Translations under genes and position numbers: made by a program
NCBI GenBank assembly: GCA_963841435.1
Contig: CAWJCS010000003.1
Span: 320,001 to 384,000 of the forward strand
Source: an uncultured delta proteobacterium
GTDB lineage: Bacteria; Myxococcota_A; Polyangia; Polyangiales; Polyangiaceae
Direction of reading: 5' to 3'
Length of the DNA stretch: 64,000 bases
The notes under the pieces: model-generated
Told to the model about the DNA's origin: nothing
Databases searched by the model: none
Seen by the model: only the letters and a program-made list of their open reading frames with translations
In this document: one piece after another, positions 1-10,557 of the stretch
How the letters are laid out: every line of letters begins with the position of its first letter
How positions within the stretch are numbered: the first letter of the stretch is position 1

Positions 1-1
1 C

Positions 2-1057
2 AACAACGAGAACAACGGCGGGCACCTGAAGCCGGCAAACTACGAGCAGTGGGCCAACACCATTGCGGCGTTCCCCGCCAAGGTGAAGACGAATGCCGGG
101 GTCGATCTCTACGCGATGTCACCGCAAAACGAGCCGGATTTCGCATCGTGCGGCACCGCGGAGCCGTGCAACGGCAGCTACCCGACGACGCTCTTCACGG
201 CTTCGGAGATGGTCGATTTCGTCAAGGTGGTGGGCCCGAAGCTCCGCGCCTTGAGCCCGCCGGTCTTGCTCATGGCGCCCGAGGCGTCGGAGTGGCTCCA
301 CAACTGGAGCAACGAGTCCGCCTGCTGTTCGGAACCCGGGGGCAAGCAAAGCTCGGACCCCTTGATGTGCGGATTTCCACCGACTGGCTGCGCCGCGGGC
401 GCGGGCTACGACTACGGCCACGCTCTGTTCGCCGACAAGACGGCGTGGGGCCTGCTCGACATCATGGGGGTGCACCAGTACGACACGCAGGTCGCCGAGC
501 CGTGGCCGAGCGACGTTCCCGAGAAGCGGCCCGTCTGGGAGACGGAGATGTCTGGCGTGAAGTGGTGGCCAGAGCAAGGCCCGAGCAGCGACATCAACAA
601 TGCCGTCGCCGTCGCCGGGTGGATCCACAACGCGGTCACCGTCGGAGAAGCCTCGGCCTGGCTCTGGTGGTGGTGGAAGGCGCAGGGCAGCACCAACGAG
701 GGCTTGCTGCTCTCGACCGGCGGCGACACCAAGCGTCACTACTCGCTCGGCAACTACAGCAAGTTCGTCCGGCCAGGTTACGTGCACGTGGACGTCACCG
801 GGGCCATCCCGACGGACGTGCTGCTCGCGGCGTTCAGCGGCCCGGACGGCACGCTCGTCGTCGTGGCGATCAACAAGGGCAGCGCCGCCGCCAGCGTGCC
901 GATCTCCATCGCCGGTGGGATGGCGCCGGCCATGCTGACGCCGTGGGTCACCTCCGCGAGCGATAACCTGGTCTCCAAGGCTGCGATCGCCGTGACCGAC
1001 GGCACCTTCACCGCCGCCCTCCCCGCGACGACGGTGACGACCTTCGTCGGCAAGTAG
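2..1057 (+). CDS. GH30 glycoside hydrolase (glucuronoxylanase-like), 5'-truncated by window edge
   Basis: Frame is open from base 2. SPQNEPD acid/base motif, WETE nucleophile motif, AWLWWW, 'KRHYSLGNYSKFVRPG' and a C-terminal beta-sandwich typical of GH30. Confidence 0.85.
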   Translation, partial: NNENNGGHLKPANYEQWANTIAAFPAKVKTNAGVDLYAMSPQNEPDFASCGTAEPCNGSYPTTLFTASEMVDFVKVVGPKLRALSPPVLLMAPEASEWLHNWSNESACCSEPGGKQSSDPLMCGFPPTGCAAGAGYDYGHALFADKTAWGLLDIMGVHQYDTQVAEPWPSDVPEKRPVWETEMSGVKWWPEQGPSSDINNAVAVAGWIHNAVTVGEASAWLWWWWKAQGSTNEGLLLSTGGDTKRHYSLGNYSKFVRPGYVHVDVTGAIPTDVLLAAFSGPDGTLVVVAINKGSAAASVPISIAGGMAPAMLTPWVTSASDNLVSKAAIAVTDGTFTAALPATTVTTFVGK

Positions 1058-1364
1058 TCGCCGCGAGCGCAGGCCCGCCCCCGTCACAGCTCAGGCGCGC
1101 GCGGCGAGCCTCCAGGAGGCTCCGGGAGGCTCGGGGAGCTCCGGGGCGCGGGGACTTGTGCCCGCACCAAGCGCGCGACCGCCCTCTCTCCGGGGGGACT
1201 TGCTTTTCGGGGAAAATCGTGCCACATTGATAAGTCACCAGGCGGCGTGCGCCGACTCCCGTCGGCACGGACCGTCGAAGATGGCCTGGCCGGGCTCGCA
1301 CGCCCGGGTCTTGCCTTGCGCGGTGGTGCGCGCTGCCGCGAAAGCGCTCGAAAGGGAACGCAAA

Positions 1365-2370
1365 ATGATCGAGTCGAGCAGACCTTTGGAGGAAACACCG
1401 CCGGTCTTCCAGCACGCAAAGCGCGTGGAGTGGGGTTTGGCGGTCGTGGCCTGGGAGGCGGACGGCAAGCGCGGCTACCTGTTCTCCGACGGAGAGCTGC
1501 GCGTCGTGGCGAGCGACTACTACGACTTGATGCGCGAGGTGGTTCGCCCGCTGGACGAGATCCAGCCGCTCTTGGAGCAGCTCGCCAGGACGTTCTGGCG
1601 AACGGGCGCAAGCTCCAGCGACGAACCCCAATGGTTTCACGTTCGACGACCAACTTCACTACTTCCTGTCGCAATACCCGGGTGGCTTCACCGCACCCGC
1701 CTGGCAAGAGGAGCGACGCGGCAAGGGCGCGCCCGGACGCTTGAAGCGCCACCGCGACGCCGCCATCGGCCAGGCGCAGACGGTGCTGGCGGCAGCTTCG
1801 ATCGAAGGCATGCTGAGCGAGCACCGATACAAGGAGCTCTGGCAGAGCCTCCGCCAGGTGGCGAAGGACACCGACCTCGTCAGCCCGAAGTGTCTATCGA
1901 CCATCTCGACGGACGATCCGGCACGCCTGAGCGAGCTGGCCAAGGCGCTGCGTCACGTGCTGTACGGCGAAGGCTCGTTCGACACGCGCATGCAGCGCTT
2001 CATCAGCGCTTGCCGCGGCGCGTCCAGCGCGGACGTGAGCTGGCAGCTCGTGACGTTCGCGCTGGCGCTGGTCTTCCCGAACGAGCACATCTGCATCCAC
2101 CCCGCGAGCTTTCGAGAGCAGGCGCGCTGGCTCGTCCCGCGTCTCTCGCGACTGCAATCGCCCACGGCCGCCGCGTACCGTCAGTTGTCGGAGATGGCGC
2201 GTCTCATCTCGAAGAAGCTCACGGAAGCCAGCGCACCGCCCCACGACATGCTGGACGTTGCGGATTTCATCCGAGTCACCACGAGCCCGAGCGCTCGCAA
2301 GGCGATGCTGGCGCGCAAGCGCGACCAGGGCAAACCAACGTCCTCTCAGGGAAGCGCCGAAGCGGCCTGA
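1365..2370 (+). CDS. Hypothetical protein split by a frameshift near 1585-1620
   Basis: N-terminal part MIESSRP...LEQLAR continues in another frame as ...FTFDDQLHYFLSQYPGGF...LKRHRDAAI to the stop at 2370. Both halves look protein-like. Confidence 0.55.
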
Positions 2371-2546
2371 GAAGGAAGCCGTCACCCGCGATTGCTGCTT
2401 GGGGGGCGTTCGCGGCATTCGACGACGGCGCGACCGATCTCGTCCCAAGGCGTGAGGACGACCGTGGATTCGTGGTTGAGGTCCCACGGACCACCGGGAC
2501 GGACGAAACACGAGTGAAACCGGCCGCTGGTCTGCGCGCCTCGGCC

Positions 2547-2632
2547 CGTCCGCCCTCGACCTCGGAAACGGGCCGTTCTCTGCGGCCGGCGCTCGTCCGC
2601 CCTTGACCTCGCGGGCGTGCCGTTCTCTACGG
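2547..2632 (+). repeat. Imperfect 39-bp direct repeat (2547-2585 / 2594-2632) just upstream of the P-loop gene
   Basis: cgtccgccctcgacctcggaaacgggccgttctctgcgg vs cgtccgcccttgacctcgcgggcgtgccgttctctacgg, 32/39 identical. Confidence 0.7.
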
Positions 2633-2637
2633 GCTCC

Positions 2638-3333
2638 GTGAGCCACATGCATTTCGTCGGTGGGGAGAAGGGCGGCGTCGGCAAGAGCGTCGTCGCGCGT
2701 CTCCTCTCTCAGCGTTTCATCGATCGCGCGGTTCCGTTCGCGGGGATCGACGGCGACCTGTCGTCGGGAGCGCTGCTGCGCTACTACGGCGACTTCACGC
2801 AGCAGGTGGATCTCGGCGTGACGGACAGCGCGGATCAGATCATGGATCGCGCGCTGGGGGCCGACCGCCGCGTGCTCGTGGACCTGCCGGCGCAGAGCGC
2901 TCGTTCGCTCTGGACCTGGCTTTCGGGCGCGAACGTGTTCGCGTTTGCGCGCGAGATGGGGGTCTACGTGACCTTCTGGCACGTGACCGACGGCGGTTTT
3001 GCCTCCGTCTCCGAGATCGAGCACGCGCTCGACCTTTTCGGTGGGGAAGCCCAGCACGTCGTGGTCAAAAACCAAGGACGCTCGAGAGACTTCAGCCAGT
3101 TCGAGGAGTCGACCGCCCGGCGACGCCTGACCGAGCTTGCCGGCAGGGTGATCGAGCTTCCCGAGCTCGATGCGAGCGCGATGTACGCGATCGATCGCTT
3201 CGGCTCGAGCTTCTGGGCGGCGATCCACCGCACCGACGGCGAGGCCGCGCTCAAACCCCTCGACCGGCAACGCGTCCGTCTCTGGCTCGATCGCTGCTAC
3301 GCCGAGCTCGATCGGCTCGACGGCGTGCTCTAG
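2638..3333 (+). CDS. ParA/MinD-superfamily P-loop protein (MobD-like)
   Basis: N-terminal deviant Walker A HFVGGEKGGVGKS, IDGD, VLVDLPA, VVVKN. Confidence 0.7.
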   Translation: MSHMHFVGGEKGGVGKSVVARLLSQRFIDRAVPFAGIDGDLSSGALLRYYGDFTQQVDLGVTDSADQIMDRALGADRRVLVDLPAQSARSLWTWLSGANVFAFAREMGVYVTFWHVTDGGFASVSEIEHALDLFGGEAQHVVVKNQGRSRDFSQFEESTARRRLTELAGRVIELPELDASAMYAIDRFGSSFWAAIHRTDGEAALKPLDRQRVRLWLDRCYAELDRLDGVL

Positions 3334-3389
3334 CTACGCCGAAAACGCCTGCACCCAACGTGGGCGCGCGCTCATCGGCGTCCACTCGC

Positions 3390-6042
3390 TCACCGGAGCT
3401 CGACGAGCAACGCCGAAAACGCCGGCACGGCCAGCGTGACGCGCCCGCGCTCCGCCTTCACCGCCTGCTCGAGCAAACGCGGCCCGAGCGACTCGGCGAG
3501 CGTGAAGGTCCGCACGGCGTGAGCACCAGCGGGTAGCGCAACGTGCACGTCGAGCGGCTGCACGTGGTTTCGATTGACGAGCACGAGCGTCGTCACCGTG
3601 CCCCGGCGGGCCGCGAAAGCGTAAAGGTCGGGATTGTCCGCCTGCGCGGGGACGAAGCGGCCCGCAAAGCGCGAGCCCTTGCCGTCGTAGTTACCGTAGA
3701 GCTTCTGCGCGAAATACGTGAACGAGTCGGGGCCCGTCTGGTGCCAGTTCTGCGCCATGAAGAGATCCTGCTCGGCGAAGATGCCGAGCGCGGCCGCGCG
3801 GAGCAGCGCACCGTGGTAGTGCTCGGGGCTTCCGGTGTCGTACTCGTTGATGGCGAGGCGCGTGCCGGGGTAATGCGTCTCGATCAGGCGCTTGAGGGCC
3901 GGGATCACCGGGTGGTACGGGCGCCAGAGCCGATCGGCCGCGGGGTCGGCGGCGTACGTCCACGACTCGAGCGGCGGCTTCGGGAAAAATGAAGGGTCCC
4001 ACCATTCGCGCAGGGCCTCGAACTGCAGCGGCGCGAACACGGGATCGTAGGGTAGGTCGTTCAGCGAACGCTGCTTCTGCCCGTGTGAGTCGTTCGCGTA
4101 GAGCTCGGGGTACCAGTGCACGTCGATCGCGTCGATCAGGCGCTTTCCGGCGCGCGCCTCCGCCTTTTTCGCCTCCTTCAGGAAGTAGACGAGCTCAGAG
4201 TCGCCGCCGTGCGCCTTCACCTCCTGCATGCTCGCCTCTTCGGGAATGTCCTCGGGGTTTTTGGCGCCGGGCTTGAAGTAGTCGATGTTCGAGCCGGCGA
4301 GCTCCTTCGGGCCCCATGCCGCGAAGCCGATGACCTTCGCCGTCGGATCGGCGGCTTTGACGGCTGCCGCGTATTCCAGATTGCGTCGCACGAGCTCCTC
4401 CGCGCTCACGCCGCGCGGCATCGTGTCGCGGTGGGTGTACATCCAGAGTCCGGGCTCGTTGTCCATCGTGTAGAACGCGACGCCGCCGCGCGCGCCCGGT
4501 CCGAAGAGCTCGACGAGCTTCTTCACGAACTCGCGCTGCAGCTCCGGGCTGTTCTGCGTCATGCCGAGGTTCGGATCGTTGCCGCGGATGGGACGACCAT
4601 CGGGGGTGTTCCCATTGCCGCAACCCTGACCGTCGGTGCGCTCCTGCTTGGGGTAGAGGCTCGTCGGGAAGCTGCAATAGCGCTGGCCCTTGTCGGGGTG
4701 TTTCTTGGCGATGAACGGCGTGATCGGAAGGGTGAAGTTGACGGGCACGCCCGCGTGGCGCGTGTCCTCGATGAACCGAAAGTAGCTCTTCTGCGTCTCG
4801 GGCGTGCCGGGCTCCACGCCGGAGCCGTTCAGGAAGAACCAGTCGCTGCCGGCGCTGTCGATGTCGTCCTTCCAGTTGTACTTCGTGGTGCGGTTGCCGC
4901 CCCAGCGGTTGATGCTCGCGCCCATGTCGGTGAGCGCCGTCGCCGAACCGAAGTTCGTGCCGAAGACGTACGGCGAGATTGCGTGCGCGGGCTTGCCCAG
5001 CGTGACGGTCGCCCCGAGCGGCGTGGCGCGCCCGACGCGCGCGCTGAGGTGCACCGGCTCCGAGGTCTCGCTCTTGCCGACGACCCGGACGTCGAGCTCG
5101 ATGGGTTCCGCGCCGAGCGTCGAGAGCGGCAGCGAGAGTGCACGCGCCGTCGCCGGAGCCGTTCCGACGACGGTGCCCGCGCGCCGGATCTCGAAATGCT
5201 CGAATCTTTTCCGTGGGATCCTTGTCCCATTCGAGCAAGAGGTTGTCGGCCGTCACCAGGTAACCGAGGTTCGAGACGGGCGTCACGAGGTCGGCATTCG
5301 TCAGGTAAACGTCGTCGACGCTCACGCTCACCGTGTCGTTCTCGACGCCGCCCGACTTCACCGTGAACATCACCTGCTGCAGCGTCAACAGGTCCACGCG
5401 GCCCACGTCGGGGAACGAGGCGACGGGGATGACCGCGCGCCTCCAGGTCGTATCCAGGCGTCCACCGGAGACGTGACGCGCAAGGCTCAGGACGCCCGTG
5501 TCCTCGAGGCCCTTCGTCTTCTTGGCCGAATGAAGGCGCGCCTCGAGGTCGACGTTCGGGTGCGAGGCCTTCACCCAGAGCACGAGATAGCGCGCGTCGC
5601 TTGCGTCGACGACCATCCAGGAGGGATTGAACGCGACGCCGCCGCCGCCCCACGTGCGGCCAAAGAACTTGTCGTCGCTCGTCGTCACCCAGCGCCAGCG
5701 CAAGGTGACGCTCTGCCCGTCGCCGTGGAAAAGGAGCCAGTCGGCGCGCGCGCTGGTGACGGCATCGCCGCGCCGCGCCGGGTCGAAGCCGGCGGCGACG
5801 AGCGGCAGCCTCCCCTCGCCGTTCACGACGAGCGCGGTACCGCCCTTGCCGTCCTTGCCCGACGAGTCACCCCAGGTGGGCGCGAAGTAGCCGGCGATGT
5901 CGCTCGGCGCCGCGGGCGGTGCGGCGGCGCCCGACGCTTTTGCGATATCGCCCGCAGCGGGCTTTGGTGGAGGCGCGGCGCTGCAACCCAGCGTGCAGGC
6001 GGCAACGAACGAAGCGAGGCGGCGAGTCGAAGAGCCGAGCAT
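3390..6042 (-). CDS. GH44 endoglucanase/xyloglucanase lipoprotein with N-terminal CBM-like domain; frameshift near 5203
   Basis: Lipobox TLGC; CBM-like region; ISPYVFGTN, RWGGNRTTKYNW, DNEP, DVHWYP and NEY motifs of GH44. The two frames join if one base near 5203 is removed. Confidence 0.8.
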
Positions 6043-6193
6043 GGCGTCGGCATACCACCGGGAGCGCTCGCAGGTCCCACCCCGAGTCCGTTGCCACCCC
6101 ACCCGGCCGCATCGAAAGGGCACGGAGGCGAGCGCGCCATCCGGCCCCGAGCCCGATGATGGATTGGGGGAGGTCACGCCACTGCCCACTGCA

Positions 6194-7855
6194 ATGATTC
6201 ACCCCAAGCGTCTCGCCTATCAGGGCATCGAAAAGTTCTGCCGGCAGCACACGATCGTCGCCAGTCTGGCGCTCTACTCGTTTGCAGCGATCGGTTGCAG
6301 CGAGGCTGATTCTCCGACGAACACCGCGGGCACGGGCGGCGCGGGCGCGGGCGGGGGCAGCACAACGGGTGGCTCCAGCGGGTCGTCAACTGGCGGAATG
6401 ACGACGGGTGGTACGTCCGGGGGGGCCGGCTCGAGCGGGGGCGTGAGTGCGACGGGAGGTTCGTCGGCAGGGCTCGGAGGCTCGAGCGGGACAGGCGGGA
6501 CCTCGGGGGTTGGCGAAACATCCGGGGGCGGCACGGCAGGCTCCGGAGCGGGCAGCTCGGGAACCGGCGGCGGCGGCGACGCTGGAATGGGCGCCGCGGG
6601 TGCGGGTGGGGCTGGAGCGGGTGGGGCTGGAGCGGGTGGGGCTGGAGCGGGCGGCGCGGGAACGGGCGGGGCTGCCGGCAGCCCCATGGCGGGCTCTGGC
6701 GGTATGCCGTTGGTCTACAACGTCGAAGACACAGGCGCCGATTGCCCCGCGCCCCCGGCCCCGCCCGCGTTCAACGCTCTGACGGCCATCCCGAATCTGC
6801 CCGACCCGTTCCTGATGACGAACGGCATGCGCATGACGAGCAAAGAAGAGTGGCGCTGCCGCCGCGCCGAAATCAAGGCGTCCATGGAGCATTGGGTTTC
6901 AGGTCCGAAGGGCGAGCCTCCGAGCAGCCTCACCGCCACGTTCGCGAGCAACAAGCTCACGGTGGTCTCGACCGAAGGCGGCGCGTCCATCACGTTGAGC
7001 GCAACCCTCAGCACGCCGAGCGGGCCGGGCCCGTTCCCGCTCGTCATCGGGATGAACACGGCGACGGGCAGCCTGCCCTCGTCGATCTTCACCGGTCACG
7101 GCGTCGCGACGCTGACCTTTCAGAGCTCCCAGCTCGTACCGGACGCCTTCAACGTCCCCCGTGGCGGTGGCACTTACTTCCAGATGTACCCCGACACCAA
7201 CGCGGCCGCGATGATCGAGTGGGCGTGGGGTGTGAGCCGCATCATCGATGGGCTCTACGAGACGGTCGCCCAGAACAAGATCGACCTCGAGCACATCGCC
7301 GTCACCGGCTGCTCCTACCAGGGCAAGATGTCGCTCTACGCCGGGGCCTTCGACGAGCGCATCGCGCTCGTCATTCCCGAAGAATCGGGCGGAGGCGGCG
7401 AAGCATCCTGGCGCTTCATGGCAACGCAGACCGGAACGGAGGATCTCGAAGCCGCCCAGGGCACGGCCTGGTACGCCTCCAACCTCAAACAATTCAAGAA
7501 CGCGGATGCGCCCAAGCTACCGGTCAACATGCACGAGCTCGTGGCCATGGTCGCACCCCGCGCGATTCTCGCCATCGAGAACACCGGCATTGACCGTCTG
7601 GCGAGCCAGGCAGGCTCCGTTTCGATGAGGGCCGCGGCCGAGGTTTACAAGGCGCTCGGGATCCCCGATCGGATTGGCTACACGCAGGCGGCCGCCTCGG
7701 GACACTGCGTCTTCCCGAGCAGCCAAACGTCGGACGTGCAGGGGTTCGTCAACAAGTTTCTAAACGGGGACATGGGCGCCAATACGGCGATTGCCAAGGA
7801 CTCGTACAACACCGACCTCACGAAGTGGGTCACCTGGTCCACGCCGACGCTCTAG
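6194..7855 (+). CDS. CE15 glucuronoyl esterase-like lipoprotein with Gly-rich linker
   Basis: Lipobox AIGC, G/S/A/T linker, LPDPF, WAWGVSRIID, VTGCSYQGK, AFDERIAL, ESGGGG, HELVAMVAPR, GHC. Confidence 0.85.
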   Translation: MIHPKRLAYQGIEKFCRQHTIVASLALYSFAAIGCSEADSPTNTAGTGGAGAGGGSTTGGSSGSSTGGMTTGGTSGGAGSSGGVSATGGSSAGLGGSSGTGGTSGVGETSGGGTAGSGAGSSGTGGGGDAGMGAAGAGGAGAGGAGAGGAGAGGAGTGGAAGSPMAGSGGMPLVYNVEDTGADCPAPPAPPAFNALTAIPNLPDPFLMTNGMRMTSKEEWRCRRAEIKASMEHWVSGPKGEPPSSLTATFASNKLTVVSTEGGASITLSATLSTPSGPGPFPLVIGMNTATGSLPSSIFTGHGVATLTFQSSQLVPDAFNVPRGGGTYFQMYPDTNAAAMIEWAWGVSRIIDGLYETVAQNKIDLEHIAVTGCSYQGKMSLYAGAFDERIALVIPEESGGGGEASWRFMATQTGTEDLEAAQGTAWYASNLKQFKNADAPKLPVNMHELVAMVAPRAILAIENTGIDRLASQAGSVSMRAAAEVYKALGIPDRIGYTQAAASGHCVFPSSQTSDVQGFVNKFLNGDMGANTAIAKDSYNTDLTKWVTWSTPTL

Positions 7856-8052
7856 CACTACTGTCAGAGATTCGCGTTTCCTTCGAGAAATTCGCAGATT
7901 GGCGAGCGGCGAACTTTTCGGACGGCGGCGCCCACGTCTTGCGTCCATTTCCTGCTCGAAGACGGCCGCCCGCTGGCCTCGCCAGTTGCTTTCGTGGCTC
8001 ATGTTCTCTCTGCCGGATCGTGATCTGTTCCTCCAAGACTCTGACAGTAGTG
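7856..8052. mobile_element. MITE-like non-autonomous element, 197 bp, 14-bp perfect TIRs, CTAG target duplication
   Basis: CTAG(7852-7855)+CACTACTGTCAGAG(7856-7869) ... CTCTGACAGTAGTG(8039-8052)+CTAG(8053-8056). No transposase inside. Confidence 0.8.
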
Positions 8053-8269
8053 CTAGGCCAGCCGCGACCGACAGCGCGGCACGCCTCTCGGCAGCGCAAA
8101 GAGCCCGCCCGGCAACGACGCCCTGCGCAGCGGATATCAATGACCGCCCCGTGATCGCCCGGCGGGGCCGCGCCGCGCCGCCGGCTGCCCTTCTCGTGCG
8201 TTTTTGGGCGGGTTCGCGAGCGATGCGCGCCAACTTCGAGGAGCAAGCTCGTCTGACAAAGTTGGAAGC

Positions 8270-8540
8270 CCGACGACGCCGAGGCGAGCACGCTGCCACT
8301 ACCCGAGGCGTGGCCGCACCACGCGTACGTGACGAGCAACGTCTGCGACAGCGATACGATCCTGGCGCTCTTCGGGCGCGAGGGCTGGCGTGCCGAGAAG
8401 GTGCGCAATGGCCGCCGCACCTCGGCTTCGAGCTCGTGCGCGGCTGGGTCGAAAATCAGATGCCCATCGAGCTCGGTGGTCGCGACATGCGCGAGCAGTA
8501 CGAGCGCTTCTTTCGCCAGGTCTCCGGAGGTGCCGCATGA
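8270..8540 (+). pseudogene. 3' remnant of a VOC/glyoxalase-like hypothetical gene, frameshifted
   Basis: Joined frames read ...WPHHAYVTSNVCDSDTILALFGREGWRAEKVRNG/PPHLGFELVRGWVENQMPIEL...QYERFF. This resembles the C-terminal half of a conserved 'REGW...WVEN' family; no N-terminal half is present. Confidence 0.45.
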
Positions 8541-8735
8541 AAGCGCTCGCCGGCCCGAAATGGATGCTGCAGGCTCCGGCGCGCGATTTGCGACGAGCAT
8601 GCAATTAGTCTTCGCCGCTGGAATCGGCGGCCTATGTACGCGAATCCGACGGAGGTCTGGCCGGCGCGGTTACTGTAGGGGCCTCGGCGTCCCAGTCCAT
8701 GGGCCGTCGAGGTCCCCGCTGACTCACGTGAATTC

Positions 8736-9530
8736 ATGACCCTACCGAACCGTTCGATGCTCGCCCTGCTCTCCGCTGGTCTCGGCCTTTTCATCGCGTG
8801 CGGCGATGGCACCCAAAGCTCGGACAAGCCTGGCACCTCCGCGGCCGCTGGTGATGCCGGCACCGCCGGGTCGTCCGGCGGCAGCCTCCCTGGCGTGGGA
8901 GGATCCACGAGTGGCGTCGGCGGCTCGAGCGGCGGGACGGCGGGAGCGGCCAGCGGCGCTGGAGGCTCATCGGGCGCGCTTGGCGGCTCGGCCGGCAGCG
9001 CGGGGCAAGGCGGTGCTGGCGGCAGCACCGCGGGCGGCATCGGCGGCACGCCAGGCGGGAGCGCTGGATCCGCCGGCAGCGCAGGTGCCGGCGCTGGGTC
9101 GGCGGGCGCATCGGGCCTCGGCGGCGCGGGCGCTTCGGGTGCGGGCTCGGGCGGTGCGGGGCTCGGCGGCGCCGGTGCCGGCACGGCAGGCGAGGACGCA
9201 GGCGGCGCGGGCACGACCTCGGGCGGTGCCGGATCGAATGCCGGGGATAGCTGGGACAGCTACGCCAGCACCTTCTTCGAGACGTACTGCGTGTCGTGCC
9301 ACAACGACGACAACACGGGGACGGCGACACGCGACTATCACCAGCTCGCGCGGGTGACGGCGGAAAAGGACGCCATCGCCTGTGGCGTCAGCAAGTCTCA
9401 GTCCGACTGGAGCGCGCGGGGTTGCACGGGAACGCCGGCCGCGCGGCAATTCCCGGCGGGCAACGGCGCGAAGCCGACCGACGACGAGCGCGATCGCCTG
9501 ATCGCCTGGCTCGACGCCGGAACGCCCTGA
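8736..9530 (+). CDS. Lipoprotein with Gly-rich linker and C-terminal c-type cytochrome-like domain
   Basis: Lipobox FIAC; CVSCH heme-binding motif; terminal helix PTDDERDRLIAWLDAG. Confidence 0.7.
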   Translation: MTLPNRSMLALLSAGLGLFIACGDGTQSSDKPGTSAAAGDAGTAGSSGGSLPGVGGSTSGVGGSSGGTAGAASGAGGSSGALGGSAGSAGQGGAGGSTAGGIGGTPGGSAGSAGSAGAGAGSAGASGLGGAGASGAGSGGAGLGGAGAGTAGEDAGGAGTTSGGAGSNAGDSWDSYASTFFETYCVSCHNDDNTGTATRDYHQLARVTAEKDAIACGVSKSQSDWSARGCTGTPAARQFPAGNGAKPTDDERDRLIAWLDAGTP

Positions 9531-9557
9531 CACCAGCACTCGGCGACGGCGCGTTCG

Positions 9558-10490
9558 TCAGTCCACACCGAGAGCGCCCACGAGCAGCTCGCTCACGGGC
9601 GTCACGGCGCCTGCGACGTGCGCCAGCTGTTCGCTCGCGGGGTGCGAATCGGTACCGTGAATGGAAGTGAACACGCCGGACCCCTCGAGCTTCTCGAGCG
9701 AATTACCGGGTAGCACGAGGTGGCTCGCGATGGCGTGCACCCGTGCCGCGCCGGCGTCGAGATAGGCCCGACCGGCCTGCAAGAGCGATGCCCCCGTGCG
9801 GATCATGTCGTCGTACACGACGACCTCGACGCCGCGTACGTCGGCGTTCACGCCCGTGACCTGGAGCGCGCCGCTCGTCGGGTCGCGGACCTTGTACACG
9901 AAGGCGGGCTCGACCCCGAGCGTCTTGGCGAGGCTCTGCACCCATTTCGCGCGTCCGGCGTCGGTGGCACCGAGCACGAACTTCCGGCCCTGCGTCATGT
10001 CGCGCACGGCGCGCGTGATGAGGGGCGCGCCATACACGTGTCGCGTCAGGTGACTGTCACCGAAGTAAAATTCGATGCCGTCGGTGTGCAGATCGAAGAG
10101 CACCACGCGCGTGCCGCCCTCGCACGGGGGAATCGACGAGATGAGCCGGGCCCGCGTCTTGGCCGTCACCACCTCGCCGGGAAGCACCGCGCGCTCCATA
10201 GTCGCGTAGCCGAAGTACGGCATGACGATGGAGAGCGAGCGCGCGCCGGCGCGCGAGATGGCAAACCCGAGATCGTAGAGCTCGAGCCAATCGAGGTCCG
10301 TGGGCGTGCCACCGAGCAAGACGACGTCACTGCCGCGCACTTCCTCGACGAGCCTCAGATAGCGCTCACCGTCGGGAAACGCCCTGCGCTCGACCGCCAC
10401 GGGCCGAAAATCACCGGCGGCGACGAAACGCGGCTCGAGGTACGCGTAGGAGGCGATCGTCACCAGCAGGCGCTTCTTCGAAGTGCTCAT
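9558..10490 (-). CDS. prs: Ribose-phosphate pyrophosphokinase
   Basis: FPDGERY, MPYFGY, DLH and the PRPP-binding loop VVYDDMIRTGASL. Confidence 0.9.
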   Translation of the reverse strand: MSTSKKRLLVTIASYAYLEPRFVAAGDFRPVAVERRAFPDGERYLRLVEEVRGSDVVLLGGTPTDLDWLELYDLGFAISRAGARSLSIVMPYFGYATMERAVLPGEVVTAKTRARLISSIPPCEGGTRVVLFDLHTDGIEFYFGDSHLTRHVYGAPLITRAVRDMTQGRKFVLGATDAGRAKWVQSLAKTLGVEPAFVYKVRDPTSGALQVTGVNADVRGVEVVVYDDMIRTGASLLQAGRAYLDAGAARVHAIASHLVLPGNSLEKLEGSGVFTSIHGTDSHPASEQLAHVAGAVTPVSELLVGALGVD

Positions 10491-10557
10491 GGGAAGGTCA
10501 TAGCGGGCTCGACGCGTGCTTGGATAGGGTCTCGATTGCGGTGGCGACCCGAGCGTC

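Noticed and set aside
1199-1224. Sigma54 promoter (TGGCAC on the minus strand)
   Set aside because: The -12 element reads TTCC rather than TTGC, and it points into the 3' end of the GH30 gene.
2638-3333. Conjugative or mobile element implied by the 'MobD-like' label
   Set aside because: No relaxase, integrase, oriT-like structure or element boundaries are visible.
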